Positions 29,880-40,067 of a stretch of DNA of 64,000 bases are shown piece after piece; positions within the stretch are counted from its first letter, which is position 1; every line of letters starts with the position of its first letter. The translations under genes were made by a program, and so were the position numbers. Under the pieces are notes generated by a model. The model made no database searches. It was not told where the DNA came from and saw nothing but the letters and a program-made list of their open reading frames with translations. The stretch is from Roseibacillus sp. (GTDB taxonomy: Bacteria > Verrucomicrobiota > Verrucomicrobiia > Verrucomicrobiales > Akkermansiaceae): assembly GCA_051251855.1 (NCBI GenBank), contig JBPOGI010000002.1, forward strand, positions 704,001 to 768,000, read 5' to 3'.

Positions 29880-31412
29880 TTAGTGAATGAAACCGGGCAT
29901 TTTGAGAGGGCGGACGGCTTTGAAGTAGAGGGTGCGTTCGGCGAGGACGCTGACAAGAAGGAAGGAGAGCCCGATGGAGGGGGAGAGGAAGGTGAAGAGA
30001 GCAGCTAGAATCGCGGTCGTCACGCGAACTTGGGCGATAGGCTTAAGGACGGTGGTGATGATGGTGCGCTCTTGGTTGAAGTCAGGATGGCGAAGCTGAA
30101 AGTAATCGAGGGCGAGGGTGGAGAGGATAGCGAGGGAAAAGAGGGAGGCTAGTAGAGGGGTAGCGAGGGTCGCTACTCCAAGGCTAAAGAGGATGACGGT
30201 TCCAAAGAAACGCGGGAAGGTGATGCCGGACCTCCAGAGAACACGAGGAGTTGTTTGGTAAATTTTGACGCTGGTGAAGACGGCTGCCAGAGCTGTTAGG
30301 ATAGAGAGAGTTTGGAAAGGAGGGCTGTTGATGAGGCTTGGCAGGAAGCTCATGAAGGAGGGGAGTTCGAAGGGGAGGTGGTTGAGGAGAGGGGCTGTTA
30401 GGAAAGCACCAAGGATGGTGAAGGCAAGGAGCTCGCGGGAGAGCCAGCTGGTTTTGAGGCCAAGGAAGAAGCGCCAGGCTTTGAGGGGCTGTCCGAGGTG
30501 GAGGGTGGCGGCGATGAGACCAATGGAGAAGAGGGTGAGGGCGGTTATGCTGAGAACCAAGTGACTTGTAGATGCGGAGACGAGTTCTGTGTTCCCTATA
30601 AATATGCCCACGGCAGCCTGGGTAAAGGTGAGCATGAGAACGAGAGGCCAGTGGGCATGCTCTGGAGTGAGGTTTTCGTGGTCGGCGGCGTGGGCGGTGA
30701 GGGGGACTTCGCGGCCGGTGTATTTGGTGGTTGGCTGGGTGATAGAAGCGAGGGGAGCGCCGCTGAGCCAGCCGAGGTTGCGTTGGCCGAGTTTGGATTT
30801 TTCCTCGATGTTGACTTTGACAATCTTGATGGCCTCGGTGGGGCAGGCTTGCACGCAGGCGGGGGCCTCTCCCTCGGCGAGTCTGTCGTGGCACATGTCG
30901 CACTTGCGAACGATGCCTCTTTTTTTGGAGTATTTAGGGACATCGAAGGGGCACTTAAAGATGCAGTAAGAGCAACCGATGCATTGGTCGTCGAGATGGC
31001 GGACGATGCCGGTGTCTTCGGACTTTTCGTAGGCTTGCACGGGGCAGCCGTTGAGGCATTCGGGGTCGGCGCAGTGGTGGCAGGCGGTAGTGATGGTTTG
31101 TTGCCAGCCGGGTTCTTCTTCGCCGCCTAATAGGAGTCCGACGTCGCGCCAGGATTCGTCTTCGTCGAGTCCGTTTTGGCTATGACAAGCCGCGACGCAG
31201 GCTTTGCAGGAGGTGCATTTGTCGAGGGCGACTTCGAAGGCGTATTGTTCGCCTTTGCCGGGTTTGGAAAGGGGGATGAGGTTGCGGTAGTGACCAGCGA
31301 GGTCGGGTTCGCGGTCGTGTTGTTCGGAAAAGTCAGCGACTGGAGTGTAGAGCTTTTTCTGATCGGCGAGGAGGTCGTCGATGAGCGTCTTTTCTGGAGC
31401 GAGGGCAGGCAC
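29880..31412 (-). CDS. 4Fe-4S (DmsB-like) plus DmsC/YnfH-like membrane anchor fusion
   Basis: CTSCKACVAAC, CHHC..P.C...CP, CIGCSYCIFKCP, KCDMC...PACVQACP; then HWPLV..TFTQ, HLGQP...SWLSRE and many TM helices. Confidence 0.88.
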   Translation of the reverse strand: MPALAPEKTLIDDLLADQKKLYTPVADFSEQHDREPDLAGHYRNLIPLSKPGKGEQYAFEVALDKCTSCKACVAACHSQNGLDEDESWRDVGLLLGGEEEPGWQQTITTACHHCADPECLNGCPVQAYEKSEDTGIVRHLDDQCIGCSYCIFKCPFDVPKYSKKRGIVRKCDMCHDRLAEGEAPACVQACPTEAIKIVKVNIEEKSKLGQRNLGWLSGAPLASITQPTTKYTGREVPLTAHAADHENLTPEHAHWPLVLMLTFTQAAVGIFIGNTELVSASTSHLVLSITALTLFSIGLIAATLHLGQPLKAWRFFLGLKTSWLSRELLAFTILGAFLTAPLLNHLPFELPSFMSFLPSLINSPPFQTLSILTALAAVFTSVKIYQTTPRVLWRSGITFPRFFGTVILFSLGVATLATPLLASLFSLAILSTLALDYFQLRHPDFNQERTIITTVLKPIAQVRVTTAILAALFTFLSPSIGLSFLLVSVLAERTLYFKAVRPLKMPGFIH

Positions 31413-31465
31413 GGATAGTCTGTTTGAACCGCAAAGACGCTAAGGCGCAAAGGGTCGAAGTGTGT

Positions 31466-32038
31466 TTATGATGCGAGGGCTCCGGTGAGGTTGTTAACCC
31501 ATTCATCGAAGGGATCGTCGTAGTCGACATCGCTTTCGATGAGGGGGGCGAGGCGTTGGGCTCCGAGTTTTTCGAGGACGGTGTCGAACTCTTTGGCACA
31601 TTGGTTGAAGTCGGGATACTCGGAGTCGCCGAGGCCGAGGACGGAGAAGGTGGTGTTCTCGAACCTGGGAGCGCTGTCGGAGTGGAGGAGTTCGTGGAGT
31701 GCTTGGGCGTTGTCAGGTGGTTCGCCGTCGCCGTAGGTGGAGGTGATGACGAGGAGGTTCTCTGTTTGGGTGAGTTGATCTGCTTCGGCTTCGGCCATGT
31801 CGGTGATGGTGACTTGGTGACCGGCAGCGGTGAGAGTTTTGGAGGCCTTTTTGGCGAGGGTTTCGGAGTTTCCAGTCTGGGAGCCCCAGAGGATGGTAAG
31901 GGGTTTGCCTTGAGGGGTGGTGGTCTCGGTGGGCTGTGCTGGGGTGGCTGCGCCTTGTGCTTGCATGCGGACGGCGAGGTAGCCGTTGAGCCAACCGATT
32001 TGTTCGGGGCTGAATGGGGCGTTGGAAGGGATGAGCAT
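31466..32038 (-). CDS. Stand-alone flavodoxin (CysJ N-terminal-like)
   Basis: APFSPEQIGWLNG leader; WGSQTGNSE, TSTYGDGEPPDN, LGLGDSEY. Confidence 0.88.
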   Translation of the reverse strand: MLIPSNAPFSPEQIGWLNGYLAVRMQAQGAATPAQPTETTTPQGKPLTILWGSQTGNSETLAKKASKTLTAAGHQVTITDMAEAEADQLTQTENLLVITSTYGDGEPPDNAQALHELLHSDSAPRFENTTFSVLGLGDSEYPDFNQCAKEFDTVLEKLGAQRLAPLIESDVDYDDPFDEWVNNLTGALAS

Positions 32039-32105
32039 GATTGAAAGTGCGTTGTTCTTGTCGGAGTTGGAATGCGGAGCTGGTGCTCCGCGCTCCCTTT
32101 AGGCT

Positions 32106-33872
32106 TTAGGCGGCTTTGGAGTGCTGGGTGTCCATGAGGGACTTGAGGTCTTCGACTTCGTGGCGGCGAGTGAATTGAGCAAAGGTTTCGCGTTCGGTGC
32201 GGTGGGCGAGGTAAGTTTTCAGAAGGCTTTCGAGGAGGGAGGGGATTTCACTATAGGGAATGCCTTTGAAGGCTTCCTTGGCGACGTATTGGTCGTCGTC
32301 GACTCCGCCTCCGAGAACGATGTTGTAGCCGTCGACCTTTTCGCCACTCTCGAGTTTGACCTGCACACCCATCATACCGATGTCGCCGATATAGTGCTGA
32401 GCGCAGGAGTGATTGCAGCCGGTAAGGTGAATGTTGATGGGCTGGTCGAGTTCGACACGGGTTTCGAGATGTTTGGCAAGTTCGACGGAGTTTCCCTTGG
32501 TATTCGTTGCTGCAAATTTACAACCGGTGTTGCCGGTGCAGGCGATAAGTCCACCTGAGATGGAAGTTGCGGTATAGTGGCAACCGGCGGCGACGATGGC
32601 TTTCTTGGCGGCGTCGACTTGGTCATCGGGGACGTTGGGGATGATGAGGTTTTGCCAGACGGTGAGACGGATTTCGCCTGTTCCGTATTGGTCTGCAATG
32701 TCGCAGATTTGGTCGACGGTGTCGACAGGAGTGCGTCCCACTGGGATGACGACGCCGATGTAGTTACGGCCATCCCTTTGTTTATAGACTCCGAGGTGTC
32801 CATGTTTGACTTTGGGTCTTGGGACTTCGCAGGTTTCGAGGGGAAGGTGGCGCAGTGGGAAGGTGAGTTTTTTGCCGGTCTCTTCGAGGAGCTTGGGGAT
32901 GCCCCATTTGTCGACCAAGTATTTGAGGCGGGCCTTTTTACGGTTAGTGCGGTCGCCGTTCTCGATGAAGACGCGGAGGATGGCGGCGGCGACGGGGATG
33001 GTTTCTTCTTCGGTGAGCAGCACTCCCGAGTCGGTGGCAAACTGCTTGTGGCCGGTAATGCCGCAGAGTTGCATGCGGAAGTAGACCCCGGGAGCGAGTC
33101 CATCGGTTTCTTCGGTGAGGCGGACGGCGTAGAAGGCGATGTCGTTGGTGTCGGCGCAGACTGAAATGGCCCCACCGGAGTCGAAGGAGATATTGAACTT
33201 GCGGGGCATTCCGTAGAGGTCGCGGTTGTTGAGAATGGCGTGATGCATGCCCTTGGCGAGGGGCATGACGTCGAGGAGCTCGTCCTTGTCGAAGCCGGTG
33301 GTGGGGGTGGCGGTGACGTTGCGGACATTGTCGGCGCCAGCTCCCCGAGAGGTAAGCCCTAGGTCCACAAGTTTGTCTAAAGTGGCAGGAAGGTTGGGTG
33401 GCATCAGTTCGCGGACCTGAATGTTTCCCCGAGTGGTAATGTCGCAGTAGCCACCGCCCCAGTCGCGGGCGATTTCGGCGAGGCCGCGGAACTGATAGGT
33501 TGTGAGGATACAGCCAGGAATGCGGGCGCGTAACATGTAGGACTCTTGCGCGGGAGTGACATAGAACATGCCATAGAACTTGAAACGGAAAAGGTCACCG
33601 CCTTCGACGAACTTGTTCTCGCGAGCATGTTCGAGAATACTGTCGTAGCAATCGAGGCCGTTTTTCTCGTGTTTGATCCGCTCTTCTTTAGAGAGATCAT
33701 CGACAGGGGTGCCGTAGACGGTTTCTTCTTGAGGAACGGCGAGAGAGGGGTCGTTCGTGAACTGGCCGCTGGCGTTCTGACCGAGATAAGGAAGCCCCTC
33801 GGACTGCACTTGCTTGAGGCCTTCCATGAATCCGGAGAGGTAACCTGTTTGTTCGGCGGTGAATGCTTCCAT
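32106..33872 (-). CDS. nirA: Ferredoxin--nitrite reductase (siroheme, NirA family)
   Basis: [36 protein letters not shown]...[10 protein letters not shown] 33872 lies downstream of the sigma54-type promoter. Confidence 0.88.
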   Translation of the reverse strand: MEAFTAEQTGYLSGFMEGLKQVQSEGLPYLGQNASGQFTNDPSLAVPQEETVYGTPVDDLSKEERIKHEKNGLDCYDSILEHARENKFVEGGDLFRFKFYGMFYVTPAQESYMLRARIPGCILTTYQFRGLAEIARDWGGGYCDITTRGNIQVRELMPPNLPATLDKLVDLGLTSRGAGADNVRNVTATPTTGFDKDELLDVMPLAKGMHHAILNNRDLYGMPRKFNISFDSGGAISVCADTNDIAFYAVRLTEETDGLAPGVYFRMQLCGITGHKQFATDSGVLLTEEETIPVAAAILRVFIENGDRTNRKKARLKYLVDKWGIPKLLEETGKKLTFPLRHLPLETCEVPRPKVKHGHLGVYKQRDGRNYIGVVIPVGRTPVDTVDQICDIADQYGTGEIRLTVWQNLIIPNVPDDQVDAAKKAIVAAGCHYTATSISGGLIACTGNTGCKFAATNTKGNSVELAKHLETRVELDQPINIHLTGCNHSCAQHYIGDIGMMGVQVKLESGEKVDGYNIVLGGGVDDDQYVAKEAFKGIPYSEIPSLLESLLKTYLAHRTERETFAQFTRRHEVEDLKSLMDTQHSKAA

Positions 33873-33888
33873 GGCTAGCATCCAGCTC

Positions 33889-33945
33889 AGCGCGAAGTGG
33901 GCCAAGTCTGGTAAACACACAAATTCGACAATGAATTTGATTCAT
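33889..33945 (-). promoter_or_regulatory. Sigma54-type promoter plus AT-N11-AT box upstream of nirA operon
   Basis: Minus strand TGGCCCACTTCGCGCT (33904-33889, GG-N10-GC); ATGAATTTGATTCAT at 33931-33945. Confidence 0.75.
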
Positions 33946-34316
33946 GTTAAAGATGCGCCGAGATTCGCTCGGCTCATTCTGGATGGGGTTAGCGAGTCTT
34001 GACTGAGATAGTTCCGTCGTCTCTATCAGTGAGGCTATGACGAGATGTTCCAGAGCTAGTGTCCCACGACATTAATTTTGTGACATTGGTTTTCTTTTTG
34101 ACCTTTGGGAAAAGCCTCCTTCCGTCGGACAGAAGAATGAGCTTGAGGCTTTTTTCCAATAACTGCGTTGTTCGTCAGTCATGAATCCCGATTCACTCCT
34201 TCCTCTCGCCTTGTTCTTGAAAAAAATCCTCTTCGCCAATACCACAAATTTAATCTCGTGAGTCACTAGGAGCTCCAAGGGCTTTCTTTGTCAAAGCCGC
34301 GCCTAATCGATGGTGG

Positions 34317-37300
34317 CTATTCTGTTTCTATCCTAATGCGGAAGAAAAGTTTTTGTTCTTCGGCGGTCGAGAAAGGTTGAGTGCTGCGCCAAGTGATGAA
34401 TTCGGTGCCATCGCCTTGATTCGCGGTCTCGGTCATGAGCACGTCGTCGTCCATTGAGGACCAGTTGACTAGGTCCGTAGAGACCTCAGAGAAAAGAAGG
34501 AGGTCACCGGCGTTGAGGTTTCTCTGAATGACAACAGCGGGGAAGTCTTGGAGAAGGCCGTCGACGAAGTAGTTCCCGAATCCGAAGGATTCCAAAAGGC
34601 AGTGGCCGCTGTTGGGGTCGTTGGGGTCGGTGCCGTTGGCATATTCGAAGTAGTCGGAAATACCGTCTCCATCAGTGTCGATGGTTTGGTCTCCGCTCAG
34701 ACTATTAGCGAGGAACCAGTCTTCCCAAGAGGTGCCGTCTGGTCCTCCGGGGTTGCCGTTGAAGGAGGGGTGAGCGCGCCAATTGGTGGGGATGCTGTGG
34801 TCCGGGTTGGAGGTTTCGATGTTGAGAACAAGGCTGTAGCCTTCGCCATCTGCCGCAGTGGGCCAGGGGATGACTTCGTCGTAGGTGAAGTCTTTGATAA
34901 CCGCGTCGGTGGAGTCGAGGAGGGTGATGCGCTCGCCAGAGTTGTTGAGATTCCCGGTGTATTCTCCCGCGATGAGGCCGGGAGCGACACTGGGATAGCG
35001 GTCGGTGAAGGCGGCTAAGTTGCTGACGACGACGACGCGCTCTCCGGGAGCAAGCTGGATGACGTTACTTTCGGTGAAGTCAAAGGTGATGCCGTCGGTG
35101 AATTTCGTGCCGGTGAGCTCGATGGGGTCGGTATCGGAGAGATTGAGCAGTTCGATGAATTCGTAGTCATCTTTATCAGTGGAAATGTCTGCAGCGGTGC
35201 CTACGGGATTGTAGTGGAGCTCAGAAATGACAAGGTTGGTAGCTGAGCCCGCGACACCAACAATGAACCCAAAGTCATTCAGAGCACTCCATGTGGAGGT
35301 GGAGGGGTTATAGACTCGCGATTTAACCCGTCCGCTCTGGGTAAGAGTGGCGGAGCCATTGGAAATATTGGCGTTCGAATTAACGGTGCCGCCGACGAGG
35401 CGAGGATCGGAACCGTCGGTGGTGTAGTAGACGATGCCCGAGCTGTTGGGGTTGGTGATCCCGAGGTTGAATCCAACGACTGCCGCGCCTCCGTTTTGCG
35501 AGTAAACGGGGGCGTCGATGAGGGGATAGAGAGGTTTAGAGCCATCATGATTGTAGGCTTGGAGTTGGGCGACCACGGTTGCGTTGCGTCCGATGCCGGT
35601 GGTTTGTTGGCTGATGCCCGCGTTTACAAAATTGAGGACGTCTTGGTAGGCATCGAGCCAGGTGTTGTGCGTGAAATTACCTCCCCAGCGGGCGAGTTCG
35701 GAGCAGATGGCTTCGGTGATGGTGTTGTAGCGGGAGTTGACGCGGTCGAGCGCGGCCGCATCGTCAAAGGCTCCTCCGTTGAAAAAGTGTTTGTGGACGC
35801 GGTCCGCGAAGGCAATGCGATATTCTTCATTCCAAGCGAGGTCCTCATGCATGTATTGGGGATTGCTTCGGTCAAAGCTGGAAGGGGGGCGGTCGGTGTA
35901 GATATCTCCCCAAGGTCCGACGCGGTTGTCGCTGTCGTCGATACGTCCACCGTTGCCGGCTCCCATGGAATGCTCTCCGTCGTGGACAAAGAAGCGAAAC
36001 CCATCCGTTCCATTGCTATCGCGCATTCCGAACCAGTTGTTGGAGGCACGAACAAAGGTGGAAAGTGCGGAGTCGTAGCTGCCAGTGTAGAAGATGGCGA
36101 GCATGTAGTCCGCAAGGTTGTCGACCTCCAGAAGGTCTGGATTGGTGGCGGGGTTGGGGTGAGGGGAGATGCCGTCGGAGTCGAGGCCTTGGATGGCGAA
36201 GTAGGCGGCGTTGTCGGTGGGACTGGCTCGCAGGGCACGGACCTTTTGCCAGAGGTCGAACCACGCGCCGTTGACGTCGCCATCGGTGGCTTCGGTGGTG
36301 TAACCGGCTGCGCTGGCTGCGGACTTGATGACGTCGTAGTCGTTTTCCTGGCCGCCGAGGTAGGTTTCTCCGTAGGCGGCTTCCGCGCGTTCTTGAGACA
36401 TAAAGAGGCCCCAATAGACGCCGTTGATGTAAAGTTGGTAATAGCGGCTGCGGGTGTAGGGCTGTTCCATGTCGCGCTGGGCGTCACGGCCGTGGATCTC
36501 GCGCAGGAAGGTGTTCTGACTGCTATTGTCTTTGGACCATGAGTAGTTCTGTGCGGTGCGGAGGTCGAGTCTTTCGAATTGAGAAGCCCCTTCGTCTTGG
36601 AACATGGGGTATTCGAGGTCTCCTTCGTAGTCGTTGGTGAAGTAGAAGCGGAAGGCGTGTTTGGGGTTTCCGCCAGAGCGGCTGGCTCCTCCGCGGATGC
36701 GGACTCCGCATGCGATTTGGAATTGGCCGGCTCCGAGTCCGCTTTCGTTAAGGAGTTCTACGGAGCAGGTGCGCTGCCAGCCGGCGCCGCGACTGGAGGC
36801 GTTGGAATTGATTCCGGTGGCAGAGGAGGAGAAGTCATCCTGCTCCATGACGAGTGAAATGGTGGGGATGTCGACGAGGCCGCTAATGATTTCTGGGTCG
36901 GTCACGCTGCCACCATCCATGCCGTATTCGTAGGATTGTCCGTTGACGTCGCTGGCAGGGAATCCGAGCGAGACGGCGTGGTTCAGATCCTGAAGAGGAA
37001 CGTCATTGGGGAAGATATAGGTGTGGGTGTCGACGTTGGTGGGTGCGAAGTCGGTGAGGAAGGCCGCCGCTCGAACGGCGGTGGTTTCCGAGATGAGGAA
37101 AGGGCTGGTGAAGACTTGGCCATGGTTGGCGGTCGGTTCTGAACCATCGGTGGTGTAGCGGATCTCTGCGGCTGGGTTTTCAGTCGAGATAGTGAGGAGG
37201 AAAGGAGTATAGAAAATTCCTCGATCGATATCAAAGCTGGTGTCGCCCAAGAAGCCTTGCACGCCGCCGAAATTAGAACCACCGGGGGTGGGCAAGGGCA

Positions 37301-39824
37301 TGTAGCCAATTTCTTGTTGCTCGCCCCAAGCGCCGTAGGAGGCATCTGTTTCTTGGGGTGGATAGGCTGGTTGGAACTCGTGGACCAGTTCATAGCCGCC
37401 GTTGCCATCGTCTTTATAAAGGCCGAGGTATTCACCGCCGCTGGAGAGCTTGAAATTGGTGTGAAACTCGTCGATGCCGAAGGTGGTGTTTTTGTCGGAG
37501 GCAAAGAGGACAAGGAAGCGACCATTTTCGAGCGAATACGAGGGGATCGCGTATTTATTGGGGGCAGAGATATCGTCTGTGAGATAGTAGCCGGCGAGGT
37601 CAATGGTTCCGCCACTTCCGTTGTAAAGCTCGATCCAATCCGATGAGTCGTCCTCGGCGTCATCAAGGGTCCTGTCGTTACTCGCCATGAATTCATTGAT
37701 GACGACATCGTCGGTAGGGATGGGGTTCTGAACTCCGGTGACTTCGAACTGGGTATTGATGCCGTTTCCGTCGAGAAAAAAGACCTCGGCGGCGTGACCA
37801 CCAGTAGCTTCGAAATGGACGTATTCAATGGGGTAAGAACCGACTGCAAGATTGATGCTGCCATTGCTGGTTATCGGGCCATGGGTGTCGTCGTCGACGA
37901 TGACATCTTGGCCATTGATACGCAGACGGCCCCCGTCGTCGTTGTTGATTCCAAAAGTGTATTCGCCGGGGGTGTTGACGATGAGGGTGGCGGTAGCTCG
38001 GAGGACAAAGTGGTCGAGGTTGGGGCCTAAGGGGGCGATGATATCACCGGAAAACTCGCCACTGTTTCCAGGGCCGTAGTTGATTTCATCCACGAAAGTG
38101 GTGGTAGCTTCGGCAAGGACATTATTGCCTGCCAGTAAGTCGTCAGCGGCCGCTAGTGTGTTGACCGTTCCGGAGGAGGTACGTTGGAGGACGGTCCACT
38201 TATCGGTGTCGATGCCGATAGCCGCCAGAATGGAGACAGATACGTTAGCGGTGGTCTGGCCGAAAGTGTTCGTGGCAGTGAGAGTATAGGTGGTCGAGGA
38301 GTTAGGAGTATCACTCGCGGTGCCAGAGGAGGCGTTGACTGATCCGATGTTGGGAGAAATTTCTACCGAGTCTGCGTCGCTTACCGACCAAGAAAAATCG
38401 ACCGTTTCGCCGAGAGCTGGAGTGCCATTATCGACAACGAACGAAGCGATGGTAGGCGGAGACCCGGTGGTGACTGTTGCGGAGGTAGAGGCCGAACCGG
38501 AAGGGTTTGTAGCAGTGATGGTGTAGGTGGTATCGAGAGAGATGTTTTCGACGAGGAGGGAGCCGTTGCCATTTTCATCAGTTTCCGCGAAGACGTTTCC
38601 AATGCCTGGAGAAATGCTGAGGGAGGAGCCTCCAGTGCTGGTCCAGGTGAGGGTACTTGAGCCTCCGATGGCAATACTCGCTGGAGAGGCGGAGAGGGTG
38701 ACGACGGGGGGGACGTCGACATAAACTGTTACGTCGGCGCTGGTGCTGTTAGGGCCGTCAGTGCCGGTGAGGGTGTAGGTGGTGGTGGCAGGAGGCGAGA
38801 CAGTAAAGGAGGTCTGACCTGTCACGTTCACCGGCGAAGGGCCGCCAGTGAGAGTGAGGGTGGTAAAGCCAGAGGCAGTCCACTCTAGGAGGCTATTCTG
38901 GCCGCCGGCAATGTAGTCAGGCGAGGCGGTGAAGGAATCAATCTGAAGCTGGGAGTTAACGAGACCACTTCCGGTATCGCTAAAGGCAAAAAAGTCAGCT
39001 CCTCCCCCAGGATTCGAGGCTGCATAGGTCCACGTGTCGGACCCAATTTGCAAATCTCCTCCTGCCGCGCCTAAATCGTGATGGTTTCGCAGTTGATTGA
39101 AGGTGCCGAGGTCGTAGAGAAAATTAGGATCGGTGGCGAGAGCGTAGAGAGAGGCCGCCTCTTCGTCGACGAAGGGCTCGTCGAAGATGCCGACATCATC
39201 GATGCCACCCTTCCATTCCCGGAGAGCGCTCACTTCAGGGTTGGCTCCGATGAGGAGGGAGAAGCGATTGTTGGCGTTCCCTTCATTGAGTCGAGGGGTG
39301 TTGGTATCGGTCTCAACGAGCACGCCATCTACATAGAGCCGGGCCTCTACGTCGTCATCTGTGACGCCGAGGATGTGGTGCCATTGGCCATCGTTGACGC
39401 TCCCTCCATCGAGGTCTCCATCCCCTCCGTAGTAAGCAATTTGGGAAGAGTTGCCGCTGCGTCGTGCGATGCGATACTCATCGCCATCACCCTTGGAGAG
39501 GACAGTTTGCCAGCCAGTGTCCCAAGCATCGACCTGAATCCAAACGGAAACGGTGAGGCTATCCAGCCTTCTTCTGGTGTCGCCGCTGTCATCGATGTCG
39601 AGATAGTTTGAGCCTGTAAGACGGAGGCCATCGCCAAACACTCCTGGAGAGTAGTTGGATGCACCTACCCAGGTAGCAGTATCGTCGTTGTTGCCTGCGG
39701 AGGCCGAGTCTGCCACGGAGGAACCATTGGTTGATTCCATTTGCCAGTAACCAACGAGGGCATCGGCGAGGCAAGAAGATGCCAAGGCAGGGAGAAGTGA
39801 GAGTAAGACTAGGGTTTTGTACAT
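34317..39824 (-). CDS. Large secreted multidomain protein: LamG, Ig-like repeats, PA14, lamin-tail, Fn3-associated, CotH kinase-like, second lamin-tail
   Basis: DGQWHH...LYVDG; repeated F.ASP..I..G.S.TL.W; DDGGRLRING; VINEFMASN...DWIELYN; IRYTTDGSEP; YINGVYWGL...ER; ISELHYNP; DTDGDG..D..EY..GTDP. Confidence 0.8.
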   Translation of the reverse strand: MYKTLVLLSLLPALASSCLADALVGYWQMESTNGSSVADSASAGNNDDTATWVGASNYSPGVFGDGLRLTGSNYLDIDDSGDTRRRLDSLTVSVWIQVDAWDTGWQTVLSKGDGDEYRIARRSGNSSQIAYYGGDGDLDGGSVNDGQWHHILGVTDDDVEARLYVDGVLVETDTNTPRLNEGNANNRFSLLIGANPEVSALREWKGGIDDVGIFDEPFVDEEAASLYALATDPNFLYDLGTFNQLRNHHDLGAAGGDLQIGSDTWTYAASNPGGGADFFAFSDTGSGLVNSQLQIDSFTASPDYIAGGQNSLLEWTASGFTTLTLTGGPSPVNVTGQTSFTVSPPATTTYTLTGTDGPNSTSADVTVYVDVPPVVTLSASPASIAIGGSSTLTWTSTGGSSLSISPGIGNVFAETDENGNGSLLVENISLDTTYTITATNPSGSASTSATVTTGSPPTIASFVVDNGTPALGETVDFSWSVSDADSVEISPNIGSVNASSGTASDTPNSSTTYTLTATNTFGQTTANVSVSILAAIGIDTDKWTVLQRTSSGTVNTLAAADDLLAGNNVLAEATTTFVDEINYGPGNSGEFSGDIIAPLGPNLDHFVLRATATLIVNTPGEYTFGINNDDGGRLRINGQDVIVDDDTHGPITSNGSINLAVGSYPIEYVHFEATGGHAAEVFFLDGNGINTQFEVTGVQNPIPTDDVVINEFMASNDRTLDDAEDDSSDWIELYNGSGGTIDLAGYYLTDDISAPNKYAIPSYSLENGRFLVLFASDKNTTFGIDEFHTNFKLSSGGEYLGLYKDDGNGGYELVHEFQPAYPPQETDASYGAWGEQQEIGYMPLPTPGGSNFGGVQGFLGDTSFDIDRGIFYTPFLLTISTENPAAEIRYTTDGSEPTANHGQVFTSPFLISETTAVRAAAFLTDFAPTNVDTHTYIFPNDVPLQDLNHAVSLGFPASDVNGQSYEYGMDGGSVTDPEIISGLVDIPTISLVMEQDDFSSSATGINSNASSRGAGWQRTCSVELLNESGLGAGQFQIACGVRIRGGASRSGGNPKHAFRFYFTNDYEGDLEYPMFQDEGASQFERLDLRTAQNYSWSKDNSSQNTFLREIHGRDAQRDMEQPYTRSRYYQLYINGVYWGLFMSQERAEAAYGETYLGGQENDYDVIKSAASAAGYTTEATDGDVNGAWFDLWQKVRALRASPTDNAAYFAIQGLDSDGISPHPNPATNPDLLEVDNLADYMLAIFYTGSYDSALSTFVRASNNWFGMRDSNGTDGFRFFVHDGEHSMGAGNGGRIDDSDNRVGPWGDIYTDRPPSSFDRSNPQYMHEDLAWNEEYRIAFADRVHKHFFNGGAFDDAAALDRVNSRYNTITEAICSELARWGGNFTHNTWLDAYQDVLNFVNAGISQQTTGIGRNATVVAQLQAYNHDGSKPLYPLIDAPVYSQNGGAAVVGFNLGITNPNSSGIVYYTTDGSDPRLVGGTVNSNANISNGSATLTQSGRVKSRVYNPSTSTWSALNDFGFIVGVAGSATNLVISELHYNPVGTAADISTDKDDYEFIELLNLSDTDPIELTGTKFTDGITFDFTESNVIQLAPGERVVVVSNLAAFTDRYPSVAPGLIAGEYTGNLNNSGERITLLDSTDAVIKDFTYDEVIPWPTAADGEGYSLVLNIETSNPDHSIPTNWRAHPSFNGNPGGPDGTSWEDWFLANSLSGDQTIDTDGDGISDYFEYANGTDPNDPNSGHCLLESFGFGNYFVDGLLQDFPAVVIQRNLNAGDLLLFSEVSTDLVNWSSMDDDVLMTETANQGDGTEFITWRSTQPFSTAEEQKLFFRIRIETE

Positions 39825-40067
39825 CTTGATTGGTTTTTTGGGGGCTGGGGGGCTTCCCTGCCAAAATCTTTACAACAAAGGTCGACCATGACCAGCGTAA
39901 GTCAACGTGGAAAAGGTGGTGGTTTTCTTTTGTAACGAACTCTCTCTGAGTGCGTCACATCATTGTCTTGTCCGAATGCGTCGGGATGAGATCCTTTGTG
40001 ATGAGATGCCATTGTTATTTCTAACGAGCTCCCTGCTCATTAGAATGAGCTTTGCAGGAATGATGGC

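Noticed and set aside
34072..34278. Small ORF between the CotH-like gene and nirA, with nearby ATGAATCCCGATTCAC
   Set aside because: No recognisable family; the palindrome has a 6-nt spacer, unlike the regulon box; no paired promoter found
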